From contig OX597832.1 in the NCBI GenBank assembly GCA_951406725.2, positions 53,630,001 to 53,694,000 on the forward strand: a stretch of 64,000 nt of DNA. The letters are read 5' to 3'. Below, in pieces: positions 23,900 through 37,647 of this stretch. Origin of the DNA: Octopus vulgaris (Eukaryota). Within the stretch, counting starts at the first letter, position 1, and every line of letters starts with the position of its first letter. The notes beneath the pieces are model-generated. The model was not told the DNA's origin. It was given only the letters and a program-made list of their open reading frames with translations, and made no database searches. A program made the position numbers and the translations under genes.

Positions 23900-25400
23900 A
23901 GGAATTAGTACAGAGAGCATTATGTGACACCATCATTAATAATAGATGGTGGCACACCCTCAAGAGAGCAATCCGTTTAGAGTCTATTAGATTTAGCAGC
24001 CAGCTAAGTTTAGATAGATCTAGAATAGAAAGGGAATTAGTTAAGAATTTAGATGAGGCTTTGGAATCTAGCTCTGCAGACAGAGTGCTGGCAGTGAGAA
24101 TGATCTTGTACCATCACCTCAAAGCCAAACACAAAGGCTGTAGAGTTAGAGCTAAGCTATGAGAAGGTATTAATGTTGCCAGATGGGTCCGTCATGTGGA
24201 GTGTCAGAGGGGCAGAAAAGCCTCTGACGAACAGGGGTGTAAGATCTATGGACAGGAAAAGATGCAGAAGGCCTTTCACCAGCATTTCGCCCGCCGGGTG
24301 GTGAGCTAGAACATGGAGAGGTTCTAAAGGGCTACCTCGCCAGTGGGTTGCGACTCTCTGCACATGAGGCGGAATGCTGTGAAGGACCGATTACACCTGC
24401 AGAGGTAAAAGAGGTGTTGGCCAAGTGTGCTGGGGACAAGTCGCCAGGGCTGGATGGTCTATACAAACTTGTAAGGTGCTCCATCCGCTGCCAGGAACCG
24501 CTAAAGGGTGGGTTAGGGATGCCATTAAGGATGCCCTGGCTTATGATGCGCAAACATGTGTTGAGGCTGAGACATCTCTGGCACTACCTGGAGGGTGACA
24601 AGGTGTGGAATCCGCTGGCAGAGGAATTCTTTCCACGACCAGCCTCTTTGGAGAGATTCAAACTTGGTTTTATTAAAAGATGCAATCTGACAGAATGGCA
24701 AAAGGAGTGTTGACAGGCGCTCGTTTTGACCCACAAGATGGGCAAGGCCAGCAGTGGGAATACCACCTCGGTTTTGTATAGAGGGCTGGTAGAGTTTTAA
24801 AATGATGACGTCCTAGGAGGGGCTCTGGGGTTCAATGAGAACCAACTTAACAACCTGTTCCAAAAGACTCTTGAGCCGGAGTATTTGGATGATTACCAAA
24901 AATTCCTGACCTGGCAGTGCTACAGGGACGCTTTACCTGTTCGTGATAAGTTATCCAGGCACAGAATGTCAGTGCCACCAACATGTCCAAGATGTGGGCC
25001 GGATGATTAAACTGTCTCGCATGCTTTTGTACACTGTCAGAAGCTTTCGGGCTTGATAGCTTACATTGAACATGTGTTGTCACACCTAGGCAGAGTACAG
25101 CTATCAGCTGAATCTATAATAAAGATTGTGCCACCCACCAGACTCTTGAAGGAAGGTGAGGTATGTTTTCTCCTGACAGTGGCAGTGTTGAAATAGTGTG
25201 TTTGTAAGACTAGACTGCAAAGACTCGTGACGGGAACCTTCATCTCTGGTCCCAGATTGCTCACCTTTTTCAGATATCATCTGAAGAGCAAGATAGGGCT
25301 TGAGAGGAGACAACTGTCATGAAGTGTGTTTGACAAAAGATGGAAGGCTGTGGTAAGAAAGGTGGGTACAAGTGACCCTGCTTAATCTTCATGGAAAAGG
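23900..25400 (+). mobile_element. Decayed, internally deleted L1/Tx1-like LINE ORF2
   Basis: GPITPAEVKEVLAKCAGDKSPGLDGL (pre-RT) and LTWQCYRDALPVRDKL...CPRC...HAF (C-terminal zinc-binding region) with many disablements. Confidence 0.65.
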
Positions 25401-25887
25401 AATAAGGTGTAGTCGCTGAGCTCTTCAGCCCATCAAGTTTTACTCCCCAAAATTCAAATTACATATCATCCAAAATTTTTAAAAAAACAAGTATCATTCT
25501 AGCTCATTATAACAATAATTGTTTGTAGTGTCCTGTTTTGTCCCTCTTGTGTACGATAATAATTATCTTAATAAAAAAATTCACCTCTAGCCAAGCAATT
25601 ATTCTGTACTGATGAAGGGAAACAACTCAGAAATTGTGATACACAGATTTCGTTTTGAGCTGAGTGAGGGTGCTAGATTCCCTTGTTTGAAAATATAAGG
25701 ACACAGATCATATCGTATAGCCAGCTGGAAATGATGTCTCCTGGGGCTAAATTACAGCAACATTAGTCCTAAACCAGGACTGCCATATTATGTTGGCAAA
25801 TAATCTTTACTACAAAGTACTGTTGTTCCTGAATATCTCATGTTGTGAGATTAAAAAAATAATTTTCTAATTTATATATCAGTAACT

Positions 25888-26183
25888 GTGGAGGTGCAAT
25901 GGCTTAGTGGTTAGGGCAGCGGACTCGCGGTCACAGGATCGCGGTTTTGATTCCCAGATGGGCGTTGTGAGTGTTTATTGAGCGAAAACACCTAAAAGCT
26001 CCACGAGGCTCCGGCAGGGGGTGGCGATCCCTGCTGTACTCTTTCGCCACAACTTTCTCTCACTCTTTCTTCTGTTGGCCTGCTCGCTTAGCCAGCGGGG
26101 TGGCGTCATTCAAAGGCTAAAACAATGTGAACGCATTGTAACCAGCGATGTGTAGCAGCATCTGGTGGTCTGGTCGGTCACGT
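25888..26183 (+). mobile_element. tRNA-Arg-like SINE family B (others about 20682-20967 -, 37294-37572 -, 52460-52829 -)
   Basis: gtggaggtgcaatggcttagtggttagggcagcggactcgcggtc...ggttttgattccc head followed by a shared body. Confidence 0.8.
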
Positions 26184-29100
26184 CATATCAGTAATTAGTT
26201 GTCACTTTGAAAACTATATATTTCGAATGGGAAAGCTCTTCTTCAGAAATAGAGGAAAGTCCAAAGGAAGGGAACCAGAGGAAGAAAATCGCCAACGATA
26301 CACATGTGGCTACATTTTGAAATGACTGGAAGGGAATGGGTAAAGAAAAAGTTCTTTCTAAGAGAGGAGAGTGCAGGAGAATGAAATATGTGTGTATATG
26401 AGTATGTGCATGTGCGTAGGTCTGTGTGTGTGTAATAATAGCATGTGTATGTGCGTATGTGTGCGTGTGTGGTTTTGGCTGGTTATATGTGTGTGTGTGT
26501 AAGTGGACTTTGTGTCCCTTAATGTCATAGGAAGAATTTATAGTAAGAATTTTTGGTAGGAGTGGCTGTCTTTTGTCTGTCTACTTTCACATGTGCATAG
26601 GAGGATGGTCAGTAGAAAGGTGTTTAACTGGTAGTTTGAAGTGTGTGTGTGTTTTGTGTGCAGTGTGTGCATGTGTCTGCATGTGTGTGTATGTGTGTAT
26701 GAGAAGGGTTGTGTGTGGGAATGAAATTTGCTTAGGGGTTATCAGCCCAGGTTCAAACTTTTTTACAAACAAGATCAATGTTTTCAATCTTAATATCAAA
26801 ACAAACACAAGTATAATACTCCTTCCTATTTAAGGCACAAGACCTGAAATTTTAAGGCGGTGGAGACTTATTTATTACATTGACCCCAGTACTAGACTGC
26901 TACATATCTTATTTTCCCCAAAAGGATGAAAAGCAAAGTTGACTTTGATGGAAATTGAACCCAGAACGTACAGGACAGAATGCTATTGCTCTTTGTCCAG
27001 CATGCTAATAATTCTGCCAGCTCACCACCTTAAATGCAGGTATAATAACAATAATTATTATTATATTTGTACATCATTCAAGCCAGGTTGAACATTACTT
27101 TTCCAATGATGGAAAAGTAATGCTTCAAATCAGTCCAAAAATGTTTCTACGTTTGTTCATTTTGGCATTAAAGTTTTTCTGGAGGATGTTCAAAGCATTT
27201 TTAAGAGGTACGCTTGCACCGCCTGCACCCTTTGTTCCCAAGTCTGTGCCTTTAACATTTAAACTAGCAAAATTCCAGTCCAAATATTTATGTCCAAACC
27301 AGTCAGTTCTAGCCTCTCACATCTATTGTATGAAGTCCTTCTAAAAATAAAGAATCACATTGAAGCTACAAGATAAGACATGATTGATTGCAAACAATGT
27401 GAAAAACTATGCATTAAATTAGACATAATAATCTGGTTAATCCGCCAGTAATTTTTCAAAACCTATCTACATATAATACATTCCAGATACTGAGAAAAAT
27501 TAATGGACAAAAACTTTGTTAGCTTCAAACGAACTACATCCATTTTGAATTATATTCTATCACAAACAGGTCATTTGGAATTCCTTTTATACACTTGCAG
27601 AGACTATCCAGAAATGTTATATTTTTTTCATTCCAATGTAAAATTTACCAGTCTGAAAGAAAATACATTTTAGCATCCACAGCAGGGACACAGAAAAAAC
27701 AAGGAGAGAAAAAAATGTGTAGTGGCTAACAATCTATCATGGCGACTGATATATATATGAATGTGTTTATGTGTTTGTGTTTGTCCCTCCAACATCGCTT
27801 GACAACCGATGGTGATGTGTTCATGTCCCCGTAATTTAGCAGTTTGGCAAAAGAGACCAATAGAATAAGTACTAGGCTTACAAAGAATAAGTCCTGGGGG
27901 CTATTTGCTTGACTAAAGGTGGTACTCCAGCATGGCCACAGTCAAATGACTGAAACAAGTAAAAGAGTACTACTTCCACTTTGAATTATATTCTATCACA
28001 AACAGGTCATTTGGAATTCCTTTCATACACTTGCAGAGACTATCCAGAAATGTTATATTTTTTCATTCCAATGTAAAATTTACCAGTCTGAAAGAAAATA
28101 CATTTCAGCATCCATATTTCTCAGTCAAACGTAATTCTTATCTATTCACATTATTTTGAATTAATGATACATTATCTTGCAGCTTCAAGACTTTAATGAT
28201 GTGACTGTTTATTTATTAGAATATCACTGTAGGGTAGGTAGGAGAGGCCAGATCTGACCAGTCTAAACATAAAACAAATAGAATATTTGGGCCAGATATA
28301 GCTGTATAGTTATTATACCTGCATTTAAGGTGGTGAGCTGGCAGAATTATCAGCATGCTGGACAAAGAGCTTAATAGCATTCCATCCTGTACGTTCTGGG
28401 TTCAATTTCCATCAATGTCAACTTTGCTTTTCATCCTTTTGGGGAAAATAAAATATGTAGCAGTCCAGTACTGGGGTCAATGTAATAGGGTTGATAATGG
28501 TTTTAAAAAGCCTACCAAAGTTGGAAGCTCAATTTATTTTCATGTTTCTACCAACCAGTGACACCTAAAAGACAGTCGGTACACTCTCACTCAATGGAGT
28601 GGTCGGCATTGGAAAGGGCATCCAGCTGGAGAAACCAGACTGAAATCGCTTGCAGCTCGCTCACTTATCAGCCCCAGCCAAATGATCTTACCCATGGAAA
28701 ACAGATGCCAAATGGTGATGATGATGATGATGATGAATAAATACATAGAGGCTGTGTAAACATTCAACTTATCTCGACAACCTTCTTTTTTCTCCCTTTT
28801 TTTTCTAGTTTTTCTTTTTGTTTTTAGTTTACTCTTTGATATAACAGTTATTATATACCTGCAGGTTTTTGGGATATAAATTAACAGCAAGTTCTGTATC
28901 ACAGTAACAAGTGGAGAGTTTTCAGACAGATTAATTTGTACAAATACTATCAAACGAAAATATGTTATCAGAAATTAGGTGTCCTTCAGCCTTGGAAACG
29001 ATATTTGATTAAGTTTTACTCTCTTCCATTAATCCTCACAGTTACACTATTTTCTTCACTGTTCCCTACACTGAACTGATATCCTTTACATCCAACTCAT

Positions 29101-29552
29101 TCCCTATCCCCAATCATCTGTCACTCTACTTTCACTCAGTGCACTTTTTTACACATTCACCTTTTAGCCCCTCTTGTATAATATTCTGTCTCGTATTCAC
29201 ATTGTACCTGGACCTCGCATCTCTTTCTTCGTATTCTCTCTCTCTTTCTCACTTTCCAGGTGAACAAGTCATGCATTCACCTCTTCAGCAAGACACCTGC
29301 TTCTCTCTCTCTATCATAGTCCCTTATTCCTTCAGTCTGTATCCTGCTTGGTTGCGGGGTCTTATCTTGTGGGTACTTGATGGCACTACCAGTGCCGGAG
29401 CCACGTAAAAAGCATCCAGTATGCGCTTCTGAGTTGGCATTAGGAAGGGCATCCAGCAGGGTCCTCTGGTTCATCTGTCCTTGTCAAACCGTCCAACCCA
29501 TGCCAGCATGGAAAAAAGAATGTTAAATGATGATGATGATAGGTTTACTTAC

Positions 29553-29740
29553 TTATACTTCATTTTGTCCACAGCAACGGACATATGTCTTGGAGTTTCT
29601 TCACAATCATAGATGTTTTTATCATTTTCAGGTATTAAGTCAATATCATGGAAAATAAAACAGCTATAATTGTAGAGTTTGAGCGATTCTGCAAAACCGA
29701 CATTCATGAGCATCCCTCGATTGAAGGCAAGTGAATCGGA
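29553..29740 (-). CDS. bre-4: GT7 glycosyltransferase coding exon 3 (DxD motif)
   Basis: tttcag|TCC ... AA|gtaagt; SDSLAFNRGMLMNVGFAESLKLYNYSCFIFHDIDLIPENDKNIYDCEETPRHMSVAVDKMKY. Confidence 0.96.
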
Positions 29741-29903
29741 CTGAAATAAATTTGAAAGGTAAAACAAGACATGTAATATAGATTATTAAAAAATAAATAG
29801 CATACAGTTCGTATTTATTTTGAAATTTTGTATCAAGAATAATTAATTCAGTGTTAAAGTAAATGTGAGCATGTCAAAGAGTATATATATGCATGTGTGT
29901 GTG

Positions 29904-29944
<41 letters not shown>

Positions 29945-30006
29945 ATAAAACGGTAAGATAACAAAAGAAAGAAAGAGACCTCAATATTATGTAAATAGAG
30001 GAAATT

Positions 30007-30092
30007 TATCTATACAATATGTTACATTACTCTGTAGTCAAGATAAAACTCTGAGTTTTATCTTGACTACCGAGTAATGTAACATATTGTAT

Positions 30093-30097
<5 letters not shown>
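30007..30097. repeat. 45-bp-arm palindrome in (TA)n context
   Basis: tatctatacaatatgttacattactc...aaaactc t gagtttt...gagtaatgtaacatattgtatagata, one mismatch. Confidence 0.8.
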
Positions 30098-30132
<35 letters not shown>

Positions 30133-30650
30133 GTATATATATATGTATATGTGTATGTATATGTATATATATATATATATATATGTGTGTGGGTGTGTGT
30201 GTTCTGTGTGTGTGTGTGTTGTTTGTATGTGGTGTGTGTTTGTATACTATGTGTGTGTGTGTGTGTGTTTGTGTGTATATATATGTGTGTGACAAACAGA
30301 CGCTGTCTGACCAGCAGGCACGGACACATCTATTCACACCCGCATACTAACCTCCTGATAACCCCAAAATCATTCATGCATAAAGGGGAAGTATACACCA
30401 CATTGGCTACTTCTTCTGTTCTCTCAGTTCAGCCTTTCTGCTAAGACTGACAGGTCAGTAAAAACATACTTAAAATATTCTGAGATGTACAAAAAATCCA
30501 TTTTAATTTTTGCTGTCAAAACGCTGTATATATATACCAAAGATTGTATATATATACATGTAATGTGACAATTTGCGACAACCAATAATTAACGCAACCA
30601 ATTCCCAATAATATATTTGTTTTATCCTTTTCTGCCAAATTTTCCCAAAT

Positions 30651-30876
30651 AATGTGACAATTATGTATAAAAAAACATTTTTGAATTCATAATATCCAAT
30701 GTGACAATTATGTAAAAAACTTTTTGAATGCATAATATTCAATGTGACAATTATGTAAAAAACTTTTTTGAACCCATAATATCCAATGTGACAATTATGT
30801 AAAAAACTTTTTTGAATGCATAATATTCAATGTGACAATTATGTAAAAAACTTTTTTGAACCCATATTATTCAATG
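30651..30876. repeat. Minisatellite, about 5 copies of a 43-47 bp unit
   Basis: aatgtgacaattatgta recurs at 30651, 30698, 30741, 30785 and 30829. Confidence 0.9.
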
Positions 30877-31002
30877 TTTCCTTAAATGTAACTTTTGACA
30901 ATCTTTTACCAAAGAGTGAAACCGGTTAAGTAAATAAACATCGTTTAAATTGCATTTTCAAACCTTTTTTCTTATATGTATATATATATATATATACATA
31001 TG

Positions 31003-31053
<51 letters not shown>

Positions 31054-31269
31054 CACATATGTATATGTATATATATGTATATGTGTATATATATGTATAT
31101 GTATATATATGTATATGTATATATATGTATATGTGTATATATATGTATATGTGTATATATATGTATATGTGTATATATATATGTATATGTGTATATATAT
31201 GTATATGTGTGTATATATATGTATGTGTGTATATATATGTATATGTGTATATATATGTATATATATGTC

Positions 31270-31307
<38 letters not shown>

Positions 31308-31308
<1 letters not shown>

Positions 31309-32215
31309 CAAAACCATTCGTGCCGATCGTGCTGGCATAAGAAAGGGTGGGACTGCCATTTATGTCCATGATTCATTCTCAACAGAAGCCATGAACATAT
31401 TTTCCAATGGATACTGCGAAGCAGTCGCTGTATTCAGTCAAACCAACAACTTAACAGTAGTTGGGCTCTACAGACCACCCCAAACGCCCTACCATGCTTC
31501 AAGGAATGCCTCAACAGCATAAAGTGTTTCATTCAGCAGTGTCAACCTGACAACATTTTAATGATGGGAGACTTCAACCTTCCCGGGGTTGACTGGTCTA
31601 CAAACAGTCTGCCGCCAGGTTCTTCTCTCTCAACCCCTGACAGGGAGGCAGTGGAATCGCTTCTTGACTTCATGGATGATTTCTTCCTGTCCCAACTGGT
31701 ACTCGAACCAACGAGATGTCATAAAAACGTCTTAGACTTAATTTTCAGCAATCACACTGATACTATCCACAATATTGCAGTGGAGAAAACCCTACTCTCC
31801 GACCATGACATGGTTCTCTGTGATCTGAGATTTCACTGGCCAAAATGCAAAACAAATGTCATCTCTCCTGTTCATCCATTTGACACTATGGATTTCCACA
31901 ATGCAAACTGGGAAGCGATCAATAATGATCTTGCACAAGTCGATTGGTCCTTCACGCACACATACACACCCACTAACATCAAAAAGTCCTGGCAGTCACT
32001 TGTAGACACCATCACGAACATATGTGCAAGACACACCCCATTAAGATCTGCAAACAAATCTAAGTGTCGAATCCCAAGAAATAGAAAATCTCTCATAAGG
32101 AAAATTAAAAGAATCAACAAAAAGATCAACATGCTGAAATACTGTCAACAGCAACACACCAACCTGACTGCCATCTCGTCGCTAGAGATTAAAAAACATA
32201 AACTCCAAAACAACA
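31308..32215 (+). mobile_element. CR1/L2-type LINE fragment (APE endonuclease domain), frameshifted
   Basis: [35 protein letters not shown] and SDH motifs. Confidence 0.8.
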
Positions 32216-32389
32216 TGAACGACGAATTAACATAATTCCTTTATTTTCGACATATGTTTCGAAGGTTGCATATTCCTAATTGCGAAGGAATAAGGAGTAC
32301 ATTATGCCGCTGTTTTTTCTGATGTGAATTTGCTACCCAGGTATCGGTTAATTCGAATTATCCTTAATAAGATAATTCATTCAACTACT

Positions 32390-32423
<34 letters not shown>

Positions 32424-33239
32424 CGTGGCCATTTGCCAGCCTCCTCTGGCCCCTGTGTTGGTGGCACGTAAAAAGCACCCACTACACTCACAGAGTGGTT
32501 GGCATTAGGAAGGGCATCCAAATGTAGAAAACTTGCCAGATCAGATTGGGGGTCTGGTGCAGCCTCCTGGCTTGCCAATCCTCAGCCAAACCGTCCAACC
32601 CATGCCAGCATGGAAAGCGGACGTTAAACTGTTAAACGATGATGATGATGATGATGCTGATGATATATATATATAGTCCTATCTTCAAAAGAAAAGAACA
32701 ATGAGCCTGAAATATGATAAGGTTTTATTAAACTTCCGAATTGTCAGAAGCTGTCTATTTTGCCCTCTTCTCACATAATTCAATATTACATTGTTTCAAG
32801 CAAACCACAATACTCTTGCGTATATATATATATGTTATATCAGTACCTCAGGGTTCCAAGTTCAGTCTCACAGTGTGACACCTTGGGCAAGTGTCTTCTT
32901 CTACAGCCTTGGTCAACCAAAGCCTTGTGAGTGGAATTGGCTGAGAGAAACTGAAAGAAGCCCATCATATGCGTTTGTGTGTGTGTGTGTGTGTATCCAT
33001 GTGTGCATATCTTTGTGTCAATTCCTGTCACTACTTTCCAGTAGGTGTTGGTTTGTTTGTATCCCCATTACTAAGCAGTTCAGTAAAATAGACTGATAGA
33101 ATAAGCACCGGGCTTAAAAGAATAAGTGCCGAGCTCGATTCATTCAAATGAAAGATTCTTCAAGGCAGTGCCCCAGCATGGCCACAGTCAAATGACTGAA
33201 ACAAGTAAAGAACGAAAGATATCCCTATAAATTAATAGA

Positions 33240-33940
33240 TCCCATCATGGAATTTACAAAAGGGGTTAAAACCCAACTAATTTGGAAGAGAGTTAGCTTA
33301 GACAGGTTTCAGGTTGGTTTTGTGCCTGGGAGAAGCACTACTGATGATCTCTAACTTGTAAAGTATTTGGCCAAGGATAAACTGCTGAACTGGGCAGTTG
33401 ACGACATGCATTTGATAAGATCCCTCACTATTTCATCTGGTAGTCAAAGAGGAAGCTAGTGGTAAATGAATGCTTAGTGAGAAGTGTTCAAACCGTGTGC
33501 AAGGGTGCTGTTAGTAAGGTGAGATTTAGCAATGAAAATAGCAAGGAATTTAGTGTTCTGATATGAGTTCACCAGGGTCCACTTCTCAGCCCCCTCTTAT
33601 TTATCATAGTTCACCTGGCCATAACAGTTCCTCTTGTTCATATAAGTGAATCTGTAGTAGAGTCTAGAAATGAGACTGCAGTTGTGGAAACAAGAAATTT
33701 TGAAGTTAACTTAGGAAAGAGCAAAGATTTTAATAAGTGGGAAAATGGTCCTGTTTGATAAGTACAAAAGGTGTTGGTGGAAATTCTGTAGTGTACCCAG
33801 TGCAAACTATGGACACATAAAAGGTGCAATGGAATCTCTGGAAGGTTAACAAAGAAAGTAGATATTGTGTGCGGCGGATGCTCATGAACAATACACAATA
33901 AGAACAGGCAGGGTATAGATTTCCTCAAATATGCAGGTGG
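33240..33940 (+). mobile_element. Highly decayed RTE-like reverse transcriptase fragment
   Basis: Q.GFVPGRSTTD and VHQG..LSPLLFIIV remnants. Confidence 0.5.
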
Positions 33941-34142
33941 TGCCACCTGCTGCTGCTGTTTAAACAAAGACAAGAATTCCTATCAAACTACTACTAGCTG
34001 CTGCTAGAACTCACAAGAGTAAAAGAGACAGAGACATACTGAAAAAAGGAAGATGTTCCTTGCATTTGAAAACTATGGAAATATTTTTAAAAAACATTTC
34101 ATTCAATTTACCACAATTTAATTGTTTTTCATGCTTTACTCT

Positions 34143-34178
34143 AAGTTGAAAAAATCGCAAAGACTGAAACCGGTACTG
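34143..34178 (+). ncRNA. Degenerate minimal hammerhead motif (U3-A8)
   Basis: aag-TTGAAAA-aatc(gcaaa)gact-GAAAC-cg-GTA-ctg; one mismatch each in stems I and II. Confidence 0.4.
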
Positions 34179-34472
34179 AAATGTTCTTCATGATAAAATC
34201 ATTTTAGCGTTTTCTACATTGTCTTATTTTCCTTATATATATACACACACACACATATATATATATATATTCTTTTACTTGTTTCAGTCATTTGACTGTG
34301 GCCACGCTGGTGCACCACCTTTAGTCGAGCAAATTTATCCAAGGACTTATTCTTTGTATGTCTAGTACTTATTCTATTGGTCTCTTTTGCCAAAATTCTA
34401 AGTTACAGGGATGTAAACACACCAACATCGGTTGTCAAGCGATGTTGGGGGGACAAACAGACACACAAACAT

Positions 34473-34507
<35 letters not shown>

Positions 34508-35241
34508 CACAATAGGCTTCTTTCAGTTCCTGTCTGCCAAATCCATTCACAAGGCTTTGGACAGCCAGAGGCTATAGTGGCACAAGGTGCCACTTCATGG
34601 CCCAATGTGCCATGCAGTGGGACTGAACCTGGAATGTATATATATAATTTTTTCTTATCTTGCAAGTACTTGGTGACCCTGTCTGTGCAGGTGCCATTTA
34701 AAAGCACCCAGTCCACACTGTAAAGTGGTTGGTGTTCGGAAGGGCATCCTGCTGTAAAAAACCTTGCCAAAACTGACCTCGTCCATGCTTGGGCCGCATA
34801 AAAAGCACTAAGTCCACTCTACTGAGTGGTTGGTGTTAGGAAGGGCATCCAACTGTAAAAATCCTGCCAAAATAGTCACAGAAGTCTGGTGTAGGCTCTT
34901 GTGAGACTGTCCCACTCATGCCAGCATGAAAAGTGGATGTTAAACAATGGTGACATTTGTGTATATCTTTATCTCTATCTTTTGCTTGTTTCAGTTATTA
35001 GACTGTGGCAATGCTGGAGCACCACCTTGAGGAAATTTTTAGTCAAATGAATCGCCACCCTGTAACTTAGTGGTTTGGCAAAAAGAGACCGATAGAATAA
35101 GTACTAGGCTTACGAAGAATAAGTCCTGGGGTTGATTTGTTCGACTAAAGGTGATGCTCCAACATGGCTGTAGTCAAAATGACTGAAACAAGTAAAAGTA
35201 AAAGATATATATATATGTGTATATATATATATATGTATGTG

Positions 35242-35281
<40 letters not shown>

Positions 35282-35285
35282 TATG

Positions 35286-35379
<94 letters not shown>

Positions 35380-35382
<3 letters not shown>

Positions 35383-35640
35383 TCATCATCATCGTTTAGC
35401 GTCCGCTTTCCATGCTAGCATGGGTTGGACGGTTCAACTGGGGTCTGGGAAGCCAGAAGGCTGCACCAGGCCCGGTCTGATCTGGCAATGTTTCTACGGC
35501 TGGATGCCCTTCCTAACGCCAACCGTAAGTGTAGTGGGTGCTTTTTACGTGCCACCAGCATGGGGGCCAGGCGAGGCTAGCAACGGCCACGATCAGATGG
35601 TGCTTTTTACATGCCACCGGCACGGAGGCCAGGCGTGGCA
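35380..35640 (-). mobile_element. Retroposon 3' tail family D ending in (GAT)n (others about 1000-1217 +, 32420-32655 +, 38023-38195 +, 57772-57937 -)
   Basis: gcgttaggaagggcatccagc...ccaacccatgctagcatggaaagcggacg.taaacgatgatgatg shared across copies. Confidence 0.75.
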
Positions 35641-35821
35641 GTGCTGGCAATTATTATTATTTTTTTTTTTTTTAAGCTTGGTATTTATTCGATTGGTCTC
35701 TTTGCTGATCTGCAAAGAGAATAGTTTAAACGGCATCTCTGCTGGATTTCTGCTAAAGCAGTAATGAACATCACACATAGAAAAAGAAAAGAAAATACTA
35801 AAAATAAACAACTGATCACAC

Positions 35822-35872
<51 letters not shown>

Positions 35873-36785
35873 GGCGCTGCTCCAGCATGGCCACAGTCAA
35901 ATGACTGAAACAAGTAAAAGAGTAAATATATAATGTTTAAAGTATGAGAGAAAGGAGTGGGGAAGACAGCAGGTTTTTGCAGAGCAGCTACATAATTACT
36001 CAGATTTAGAAGAGAGGGTCAGAATGATTTTTGGGAGCTACAGGTCCAGGTGGCCCTTTAAAGAAGGAGATGAATATATGTGAGTGGGGAATGGAGGAAC
36101 AAGCAGAGTGGACGGAAGGCAACTGTGAAGATTGGGGAAGGTTGAAGGATGGATGTAGGGAGTGATGGCTGACCAATGATGCAAGAGTTGAGGAATATTG
36201 AGGGACGTAGAAAAGAGCAGGGGAGAATGTGTTGTAATCATGATAGTAATGATAATACAGTTTACAAAGGGAGGGGGACACGAGAGAAGTGATACAACGT
36301 TGGACAGGCTGCAGGGGTCGGCTGGAGAAAGGATAGAGAGGCAAGCATAGAGCATGAAGGGAGATGATTTAGTGGTCCAGTTGGGGTGGGGTGGGGGTGA
36401 AGAGAATGACGTTTAATGGATGAAGAATGACTGACAAGTGAAATGGTTTCCAACAGCAAGAAAAAGTGGGATGCTTGCAAGTATAGGAAGCTGCGGTGCG
36501 AGTGATGAGATGTGATGGGATAGATATTCAGAGGCACTGGGTGAGGTGCACATCTGTGCATATGCACTGGCACAGTGCTTCCACAAGTCATTAAATAGTA
36601 ATAAAGTATTCTAAATGGGATATGACAAAATGTTAGTTAGATATCAAAAAATCTTTCTATCCTTAACAAGATGGGATTATGTTTCAGTTCTTTTCAAACT
36701 CTCCCTTGGAATCAGACCAAATATAATTTCTTTTATAAATTGTAGATAACAAAATTTTCCTATTAAAAAAATGCATTTAACATAC

Positions 36786-37015
36786 CTGTTCAATGATATA
36801 GATTCCATATTCTATTAATTGTCGCTGTAAAATGGAATGTATGTTATTAAGGAAGACTTTCAAATGAAACTGCCTATCACGGTATGGAATAATAATGGCA
36901 ACAGATTCCTTCGTTAAACAGTTGGGTTTATAGTGACCACCAAGTAAGACATTACTGTGAATCTTGTTCAGTTGGCTCCAGGAAAGGATCTCTTTTTTTA
37001 TGGGTTGCAAACCAA
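36786..37015 (-). CDS. bre-4: GT7 glycosyltransferase coding exon 2
   Basis: tttgcag|TT ... CAG|gtatg; (V)GLQP...GGHYKPNCLTKESVAIIIPYRDRQFHLKVFLNNIHSILQRQLIEYGIYIIEQ. Confidence 0.95.
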
Positions 37016-37569
37016 CTGCAAAGATAAATAAAATAAAATAAATAAATAAAATAGAGTAAATACATAAAAACAGAGGAACCTCGGTTGCTGAATGGCCTTC
37101 AAGGACGAATTGCATTCATCAATTCATTTCTGAAGGCTGTTTGTCACCTGAAATGTTTGTAAACCGAAGTTATTTTTTCCTCAAGGAAATACAAAAGAAT
37201 TTGAGCAGGGATGTGCCCTGAGCAAAAGCCAGACTGAAACTGGTGCTCTTCTACTGATACTCCCAGTTAGTCATCAAGTGTTGGTGCCAGCTTGATCACG
37301 TGACAAACCAGACCATCAGATGTTGTTACACATCGCTGGTCACAATGCGTTTGCATTGTTTTAGCCTTCGAATGAGCAGGACAACAGAAGAAAGAGTGGG
37401 AGAAAGAGTGGTGAAAGAGTACAGCAGGGATCACCACCCCCTGCCGGAGCCTTGTGGAGCTTTTTTAGGTGTTTTCACTCAATAAACACACACAACGCCC
37501 GGTCTGGGAATCGAAACCGCGATCCTGCGACCGCGAGTCCACTGCCCTAACCACTAGGCCATTGCGCCT

Positions 37570-37647
<78 letters not shown>

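Noticed and set aside
25888-25965. tRNA-Arg gene
   Set aside because: The tRNA-like head continues into a body shared by several dispersed copies, so it is a SINE.
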